A DNA stretch of 64,000 nt from Chrysomallon squamiferum. Its lineage: Eukaryota; Animalia; Mollusca. The position numbers and the translations under genes were made by a program. The DNA lies in assembly GCA_012295275.1 (NCBI GenBank), contig CM022668.1, positions 13,392,001 through 13,456,000 on the forward strand, written 5' to 3'. Below the pieces are notes generated by a model. That model did not search any database and had not been told where the DNA came from. It saw only the letters and a program-made list of their open reading frames with translations. The first letter of the stretch is position 1. Each line of letters starts with the position of its first letter. This document shows positions 54,366-64,000 of this stretch, piece after piece.

Positions 54366-54743
54366 TGAACTCGTTTTTTTGCTAAATTTTATATCTGTTT
54401 TATTGTTTCATTTTTATTATATTTAGCTATGCATAGCATACTGCACTGTCGCACCATTACATAATATTTAATATTTAACCTCGACTGATTGTTATTATAT
54501 ATTTGTTATTCCTCTCTCATTCTCGTTGTTTTTCAATCTCTGAGTGTTTTCTGTTTCTTTGTTTTTTTGTCTCTTTTGTTTTTCTGTGTGTGCCTTTCTC
54601 TTTTGTATCTCCTCTTTGGTTTTTGATTTATTCCTTCCTTATCTTTTTTTCTTTATTTATGTCTCTCTGGCACAGTCAGTCTGTCTAAATTTATTTATCT
54701 AAATCTATATCTATATCTATTTCTGTGTGCATATAGATAAATG

Positions 54744-54774
<31 letters not shown>

Positions 54775-54801
54775 GTATGTATGTATCTATATATGTATCT
54801 A

Positions 54802-54832
<31 letters not shown>

Positions 54833-56494
54833 AGTTAACTGTCTTTCTATCTGTATATATCTACATCCTTCTTACCCACTCACCGTCAATAAACCCTATA
54901 CTGTTACAAACGCTGGTGTTCGTCACATTTGTTACTAAGAACAAGTTTTGAAATAAAATGCCCAATAAACTGTGAAATGATATTTCCAGTCAATTGCTTT
55001 GTATAAATGGCATCCTGTCATTTCAGATACAGATACATATCGTATTTAATATTAATGTCTTGGCTTGAAGCCGATACTTCCTGATGTTAGGATACAAGGT
55101 GATTCCTTCAGAATAGTGCATTGTTCGTTCTTTTGTCAGCTATACCGATAAAAGTAATGGAGTATTTGGCTTTATTTTAATGATTAATGGTATAGGTATA
55201 TGTCATTTCAACCCTTACAGGATGTGGTATTAGTGTTTTCCTGTCCTAGACACACAGGAGCAGTACTAAATATCTCTTCCAAAAATTATATTTTTTTAGT
55301 TCTAATCATTTGAGATATAATTCCTTGTATAATATTGTTTTATTCCTACAGTTAAAAGTCTAATTCAAATATAATGGTATAGCTCTTTACATTCCAGATA
55401 TTAAAGAACTGTAAATCAGATTATTTTCCTATTAATTTCTCTGTTAAATTCTGGAACATCCAATTTAAAATTTGCAAACAGGATTCACACTTAAAATTAA
55501 TAGCTGTACACAATTTCCCGTTCCAACCTTCCGAGAAGAGCTATTTAGCAGTGAACTGTCTGGAAATAAAACTGGTGAATATGCAAGAGAGAGAGGGTCA
55601 CAAATAAAAATCCTGGCTGTGTTAATTTATTTATCAGTACTGTATAACAGTGTAACATCTACTGTTAGAATACGTTTTAACGTGTAATACATAATGACTT
55701 GTAATCCCCACGAGTAAAATACATTAATTATCTTAGTCAGCGGTGTCATACAGGACAGTATGACACAGCTGTGTATACATTCATGATCATATTTAAATTT
55801 ATTGATACTTGAATTAAATATAGAAATTATAAAAACAAAATACTAACATTAGTGAATTACTGTATAATAAAATTTTGTGTAGCACGTAATTATTGTTAAT
55901 ACATAAACGTAAAGCAAAAAGATGAATAAAGTGATTAATATTAATAAGTTGTATATAATTTGACATGAAATGTTTAGTTGGATTTTTTCTTTTTTAGTTT
56001 TGTTCAGTGCTCTGAAAATACTACAGCTTTGAACACAGAAATCAGAATAGAGGTAAATACACTTAGATTTCAAATGATACTAAATCCCAAAATTATCTTA
56101 TTATAATTATCACTGTTACTGTTGCTATTGTTGTTCTTTTATTATGATCATTATTATTATTAATATTATCATTATCAATACCATTATCATCATTTTGTAT
56201 GACAATACAACTTAATTATAAAAACCATATCCCTGACAGAGTAAATGAAAACATCATTCCCTGTTCATGCTTGTGAACTTACATTACAGGACTTCAAAAC
56301 TTTATTATTAGCAAAGATTGGGAATTAGCAATACGCAAACCAGAATCGCATGAACATGAGTATAGAACAGTTCTGAACTGTTATCAGCTATCTGAATATA
56401 TCGGCACATCATTGGATAGATATATCAGCATATAGCTAGCTGTCCTATACATATTGTATTGTGTCTGGTCCCCATAAATAATTATTGCATTCAG

Positions 56495-57649
56495 GCAGCC
56501 ATTGTACCTGGTGAGTTTCGTTGCTTATTGTATCTGCATCAACCAGATACACATTGCACCCAGGTCATCAAGCAGATGTATGCTACACTCTTTCTTCCTG
56601 ATAAACCAGGCTACCTGAATCTGTCAGTTAGAAAGTGTATCTCCTGCCATTAAATAACTGTGTCGTACTGTGGTACCAGGACATTCAGCTTGTTCAGTGA
56701 TGGATTACATGGATGGATGGTCCAGTTCGTCACACGTTGAGGGTTTTTTCTCTGAATTAGTACCCGAGCAGGGTTTGTTTCAGGTAGCTGCATCATGAAC
56801 AAAAGCGAAGGGGGATTTATGTAAATGTTTGGTGGTTTTTAATTTCAGATCCTGTTCAGTGATATACTATTACTCATTGCCACAGGCCCCCATAAAACAG
56901 GGAAAATTCATGTCGTGACCTTTTATCTGACCCTCGGAGCATTTTGTGAATGTATAACCTTGATTTTATAACACTGTTAATCATCATGAACAAAGAATTT
57001 TTTATCTTTTTTAAAAGAATCCCTGTTAATTATGTAGGCTACAAAATTTTGTAAAGTCGAGTATTTTGTATAGTGGTTATTTTTGGTTAACGTTTTTGTT
57101 AATGTTACATGCACGAAGAAGCGATGTAAATAATTTTTCTATGGTTACAAGTGATTTTAATAATTAATTCGTGGCACCATCATGTGATGATAATAAAGTA
57201 AGATAGTAATGCAGAAAAAAGAGGCCGATATTGGGCATGGAGGTGGTCATTTTCCCTTTCTTTTTGGTGATGTGTGTAGAACATAAAGTATATTCTGATG
57301 GATTAGAATTGGATTAATTGTCAATTTGTCAGGGCATTTAGGGGTATTTACCTCAGTAGATGGAAGCACAACCATGAAAAGATCCATTAATCTCTTGTTT
57401 CTTCTCTTGTATGGTTAAAAAAGAAAAAATAAAGAAAAAAGAAAAAAAAAAAAAAAAATAAAATAAAAGTAGCCTGCCTGTACCTTTATGAGGATTAATA
57501 TTAAAATAAGGTTAAGATGGTTGAGAACTGTTCACGATGTCTCCATTTTCATCTATTTTTAGCAACACGAGGCAGCACAGCTTCTGTTGAATCTGCACAG
57601 CAACAAACAGCCAGTTTCCATGGCAACAGATCCATCCTACAACAAGTGA
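56495..57649 (+). CDS. Candidate extra 3' exons of the homeobox gene: 16-nt microexon 56495-56510 and terminal exon 57563-57649
   Basis: Using donor AG|GTAGTG after 54361, ttcag|GCAGCCATTGTACCTG|gtgagt converts phase 2 to phase 0 and joins ttttag|CAACAC..., giving MRQPLYLQHEAAQLLLNLHSNKQPVSMATDPSYNK*. Confidence 0.45.
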
Positions 57650-57819
57650 AGAAAATTCCCTTCTTGACAAGAAATCCCGGTTAACTGTTAGATGCATTTT
57701 TTTTTATTATTATTATTTTTTTTAAATATTTTTTTATTTAAATGTTAAAGTATTTTGTTTTGTAGTTAAATTCCTTAGGAATTTTTTACCTTTTTAATGT
57801 AACTGTTTGTTGTATCTTT

Positions 57820-58150
57820 CTAGAACTGGACTGTTATATCTTTCTCAGATTTGATGATTCTACCTTTCTAGAGAAGTTTACCGTTCTAGAATTTAATGGT
57901 TCTATCTTTCTAGAATTCGATAGTTTTGTTTTTCTAGAATATGTTCTCTGGTTTCTTTCAGAATTTGCTGAGTTTTTTTCTAGAATTTGCTCTGTCAGGT
58001 TTGAATTAGATTTTTTTTAGAATTTGGATTGTTTTATCATTCTAGAATTGTTACTGAATTTAATTATCCTTTGTCTCTAGAATGTGATTGTTTTGTCATT
58101 CTGGAGTCTAGTTGTTCTTGATAGATACTGATTGTTCTATCTTTCTTGAA
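57820..58150. repeat. Degenerate tandem repeat with a TCTAGAA core
   Basis: ttctagaatt-like cores recurring every ~20-30 bp. Confidence 0.7.
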
Positions 58151-59867
58151 TTGACAATTGTGTTATTATTTGACTGTTTCTGGCTTTGTAATTTTTGATT
58201 GTTAATTCACTGTGATTGAGTAACTAGTCCAAATCAGTAAGAATCATTGTATTTTAACACGGCATGTAGATGAGTGGATGTTTTTGTTTTAAATTATGTT
58301 ACTAATGTATCTTAATGGATAGTTGAATGATTTAGCATATTAAAATGAGAATTGAACAGTTTTAGTACAAATGTATGGACAGAGAGATGGACAAGTAATT
58401 GGAACAAATTATCAAGGCTCTTATGAATATAAGAACAGATAAATGAATGATTTGAGAATATTTTTTTTTTTTTTTAAATATAAAGCTGATGGATGGATGT
58501 ATGGATGACAAAAGGATTTTATGATCTTGTTTGAAAAGAAAGCTCTTACACCAGTAGTTCTTATCTGAAATACGTAGCAAATGAACTAATTTTAATATTA
58601 ATATATGGACAGACGTATGTATGCATGGATTTTATTGTCTTGTTAACAGCTGGACATGTTTGTTTTGTACTGAACGGAATAACTGTTTATTCAAATGCAT
58701 GAGAATGAGCTTGGTTTTCCTTGGCACGCTTGAATGCAATGTTATTAATTTTATAATGAAGTTGTTAATTAGGTAAATCCTTTTTTTTTCTTAATTATTA
58801 TTATTATTTTTTTTTTTTTTAACAAGGTGTGGCACTGAAGAATAAATTAAGTCATTTATGGATTCATAGCTAAACAGTATAGTATAAATGGAATCTTTTT
58901 ATTTTTTATTTTTTTTATTTTTTTAAATATAATTTGTTTTGAATAATTTTAATAGAGTTATTTGTGTGATGATAAACCAATAGAAATATTTTTTTATATA
59001 TTTTTTTTTTTTTTTTTTTTAATTTAAAACTGGCTCATTTTTAGGTGTGTCTCTGTATACATGAGTGTATTCAGGTTTTCAGTGGTTTTGTATTACACAT
59101 GTAATAGATCAGTGCCCAAATGGAGAGAAAAGTTTTTTAATAGAATCTAATTTATTCTATAGTGCTGAAGTGTAGGGTTTATGAATATTTTTGTGTCTAA
59201 ATGCACTGAGTGATTACTGCCTGGGGAGCAGAATAATAATAATAATAACACCAACACCAACACCAACACCAACACCATCACCAACACCAACACCAACACC
59301 AACACCAACACCAACACCAACACCAACACCATCACCAACAGCAACAACAGTGCTAAAAGTAACTTATCATCATTGTTATTTCTATTATTATTATTATTAT
59401 TGTTATTATTTTTCTTATATATATAAACTTTGTTTTTACAAATAAATAACCTAAATAATAAAAAAATAATACTAAATGCTTAAGACTGCTTTATAAAATG
59501 GTTTTTCGTCGGGGTTTAATGTAGATAAAACAGTTTTAAGCATTTAGTATTTTACTTTTTTATTTTTAAAAACAAAGTCAAATGATCATGTGTAGTCTTC
59601 TTCAATCGTTTTGTTATATTTACCGATGTTTCTTCATGTTGATCAGTTAACTGATGACAATTAGTTTTACAGGAAGGGAAAAACAGATGTATGGTGTCAT
59701 TTCAAGATTATTATTATTATTTTTTTTTTTTTTTTAAATGATTTTCTTATTTAAATCCAGGGAGAAGATAATAAAAATAATAAAAACGTAAATAAAAATT
59801 AACAAAGTATGAAATGTAATAAAATATAAAAAAAAATAAAATAAAATAAAAATAAATAAATGATTAG

Positions 59868-59912
<45 letters not shown>

Positions 59913-60681
59913 AAACTACAACAACAACAAAGAATTTAAAACAAGATTAAAATAAAAATAATTTTTTTATTTTTATTTTTATATTTTTTAATTTTTTTTT
60001 TTTTTTTTTTAAATATTTTCAAAAGGGAACAATTTTATCACTTGGTCACGAAGGGGAACTTTTATATACATTTTTACCGTGCATGGTTCACGCTCTTCTA
60101 TTCTTCTGCCCCGTTTTATTTTTCATTTTCGCTTTGCGTCATCCTTATGGGGCGATTTAACAATCTTTGTTTAAATCCTATATTCGTGCATTCCTCTTGT
60201 ACAGGTAGAGTTTTCGTTTACATGTCAAGACAACCGAATGCAACACCTGTAATGTGCAACTGTGCTATTTCTACATGGGGCGCCGAAAAATTCAAAAGGC
60301 ATTTTTCTGTCTTTTCTTGTTTAAGAGAAGTTAAAAAAAAAAATAAAAAATAAAAATAAAAAATACAAGGGGGATAGAACATTCAAAAATTAAATTTTGT
60401 AGCAAAAATTTGGATCTTGAAGTTGATTTAATAGTTTGTTAGGTAAGATACTAGTTCCGTTTTTTTTTTTTTTTTGTTTGTTTGTTTGTTAGAAGTTGGT
60501 TCGTTAGCTTAATCAGGTTAAAATTATTTATTCCAATATTGATTGAATTCTCGTTAATGCATGCTGTTTTAACAAACGCAGTTCGCATGTTGCGTACTAA
60601 TTTAATTTCTAGTTTTAATAAAAATAAAAATTATACATTCGTTATTTTTTAATTTTTTTATTTGGTTTGTCGGTTACAATT

Positions 60682-60758
<77 letters not shown>

Positions 60759-60864
60759 GTTTAAAAATGAAATGTAAACATTCAACAAGCATAAATTTAA
60801 GAAAAAGCTATACTTAAGAAGAAAGAAGAAGAAAAAACAAATAATAATAATAATAATAATAATA

Positions 60865-60909
<45 letters not shown>

Positions 60910-61459
60910 ATAACCACAATAACAAAACGATGTAATACTGGTTGTAATAACAAAGATGATGACATCAGTAACATAGATATAAATGAACTCGAACAAATAA
61001 ATAAACAAAGAAAAACAAACAAACTGAAAACCACAACAAAAACCTACCGGACCAGGTGTCGGAAAGAAAAACAGTGACGTTGTTAAGGGAAACGTATCTA
61101 TGACGTCAGAACGTTCGTCATGTCCTGGCATGAAGTAAGTAATGGACTATTTAGAAGTTAAATTAACTTGGCTTAACTCGAATGAACGATGAAGTTCGAT
61201 TGTCACCGTTCAAATACAGTAAATAATAGAGACGGTTTCAGTGGTATCGGCAATAAAAGCTATTATACGTTGGTAAATTTATTTTCAATTATTTGTTCAG
61301 TATATTTGCCAAGCTTCAGTGATTTTAAAGTAACTGTGAGAAAATATTTTTTAAACGTCCATTTATTTTCTGTTTGTCACTTGAGATGTTAGTCGTTTTC
61401 TGTTAAATTTCATATCTCTTTTTTCTTTCTTTTTCCTTCTGTTACACACAGACGCACAC

Positions 61460-61511
<52 letters not shown>

Positions 61512-62028
61512 TGATGATGATGATGATGATGATAATTCGATCCAATGGATAATCGTAAATTTTCTATGTGTGTGTGTGTGTGTGTGTTTTTATTAATTAA
61601 AGTACGCATTAGCACAGGAAATTCTTTTATTATTAAAACAATTTTTCATTTTCTAACGATTCGAGTTGACGTAAAGCTGATCATTGTATTATTTATTACA
61701 GTGTGCTTCGGTCCTTTGTCAATATATTTATTATGTGTTGTCGTATTTTAAAAATAATATTTATTTATATGCATGAAACCATTTAAAGCTATATGCAGAA
61801 GCTCTCAGACATGTTTAAAAATACGTTTCTAAAGCAAAACTACACTTATAAATATATTTAAAACTATTTTAAAAACTATTTAGAAAGTATCCTTTCTAAA
61901 AACAAATCTTTAAAATATTTAATACAAATACACTTCTAGAAACAGATATATTTTAAGAATCTATTTAAAACTATTTTAAATACTCTTTAGAAGATATCCT
62001 TTCTCAAAGTCTGTGAAAAAAAAGTAAC

Positions 62029-62063
<35 letters not shown>

Positions 62064-62940
62064 AAAGAAAATAAATTAAAAAAATGAATTAATTCGTAAA
62101 TCCTTTGGAAACATAACTTTATAAAGGAATTTGTATGTATGTATATATATGTATGTATGTATGTATGTATATATATATATATATGTTTGTATATAGATGT
62201 ATGCATGTATGTATGTATATGTGTGTAATATAGTTATGTGTGTATGTGTGTGTGTATTTGTATATATACATATGTGTGTGTGTCTGTGTGTATCTATGTG
62301 TATATATATATGTATGTGTATGTATGTATATATATGTGTGTGTGTGTGAGTGTGCGTGTGCGTGTATATATATTAAAGAATTATAGATGTGGGTGCACAC
62401 ACACTTACGTATACAAATCGCCTCCGTTTATTGTATTTAACCACTCGATCATTCAGGCAGCGCGTGGTTTTTGTATTTAAAAATAATTGTAACTATTTAT
62501 GAAAATCACGTTTTCTTGCCTTCATAAAACAACCCACTGACGCTGTGAAATTCAACCATCTCACGTTCTTGTTTGACTTTTCAGCACTGATTTAGTGGTT
62601 TTTTTTTTTTTTAGAAGACATCAAAATCATGTTTAACATTAAGGTATTTACAATTATGTTATCTGAGCACGGGCATATTGTTTATCTGCCAGTGCAAATA
62701 CGATTTAGATGATATTCTGTATCCGCAATGAAAACATGAGCAGGTGTTGTGCATTAGTATTCGAATTCAAAATTAAAGTTATTACCACACGATTAATGTT
62801 TCGAAAAGCATTTCAAATAGACAGGGATTAATTTAAACACGAACAGTCTACATCCGGGTTTACACAATCTTTAGGGGCTTCTTAAAGTTTCAGACATGAT
62901 TAATTTATTTGTGCTTTGTCCTCTTTTAGCTATGTTTGGA

Positions 62941-62971
<31 letters not shown>

Positions 62972-63673
62972 TTGTGCATGTTATCGTTTAACAACCTCTA
63001 CAACCCCCCAAGTAGTAGTATCACGACTTTTATAATCACAATTCTACAGTTACATCTACAGCTATTACTACGACTGCAACTACAATAACTAGTACATTTA
63101 GAACTACATCTCCTATTACAACATCTAAAAATAATAAATAAAAGAAAATAAAGAAATGAAAAGAAAAGAAAAGAAAAGGCAACAAAAACAGCTACTACTA
63201 TTACAAATACATCTGCTACAGTTGCATTTGCAGCCACAACCCACTACTGTTTATTACTGCAACAACTATCACTACTGCCTGTAACATTAACGTCTACAGC
63301 TACTATTACAACTACTACAACTACAACTACTATTATTACTATTAGTACTACTGCTGTTACAACTGCATTATTACAACGACAACTACTGCTGGTACTACTA
63401 ATACAGAAACAGTGAACACTACTATTACTAACACCATCATTATTACAGATACAACTACTTCAGCTGCCACCACTCCAGTTACAACAACAATTACCACTAC
63501 TACCACCACTACTATTACTACTTTTACTACTACTGCTATTTTTATTAATACTACTACTGCTACTTTTGCAACAACAACTATGTTTTGTATAACGAGACAA
63601 AATTCGCAGTCTACATTTCTTTGACCAATCATCAGTTGAACATGCGTACATCTTTACCAAAGTATGAAAACTG

Positions 63674-63749
<76 letters not shown>

Positions 63750-63855
63750 ATCTGTCTGTCTGCCTCTCTGTGTCTCGTGTCTCTCTCTTTCTCTCTCAAT
63801 TTTTTCTCTTTCTATCTCTATTTCTATTTCTATCTCTCTTTATTTCTCTCTCTTT

Positions 63856-63938
<83 letters not shown>

Positions 63939-64000
63939 TCTGTGTCTCTATCAGTGCTTGTCTGATTTCTATTTTGTCTCTTTCTGAATTTCTGTCATTT

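Noticed and set aside
57614-57627. RFX X-box-like GTTTCCATGGCAAC
   Set aside because: Lies inside the candidate terminal coding exon (V-S-M-A-T) with no promoter evidence nearby.
63357-63660. Thr-rich mucin-like ORF
   Set aside because: Degenerate (ACT/ACA)n tract with no splice or domain support.

Overview
AT-rich, microsatellite-dense animal genomic DNA with GT-AG introns, probably a mollusc or other lophotrochozoan (inferred from gene content and repeats, not proven). Most ORFs in the supplied track are simple-repeat artefacts; I assembled the real genes exon by exon, checking splice phase. (1) A minus-strand ankyrin-repeat gene of at least 20 exons (649-13861) with two single-base frame breaks. 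(2) An orphan 288-aa ORF (22676-23542, -). (3) A complete 16-exon KRIT1/CCM1 ortholog (28489-41366, +, 751 aa) that has lost its third NPxF motif. (4) A homeobox gene (46279 to 54365 or 57649, +) joining a SIX-type domain to a TALE (PYP, WFANARRR) homeodomain, resembling vertebrate ANHX. (5) Nested antisense in intron 3 of that gene, an alpha-kinase-fold gene (48611-49318) lacking both catalytic aspartates, preceded by a duplicated STAT + AP-1/CRE + NF-kB motif module and bracketed by diverged direct repeats. Also present: three MITEs, an RTE-like LINE relic, and a recurring pattern of intronic tandem repeats built from copies of the adjacent splice junction.
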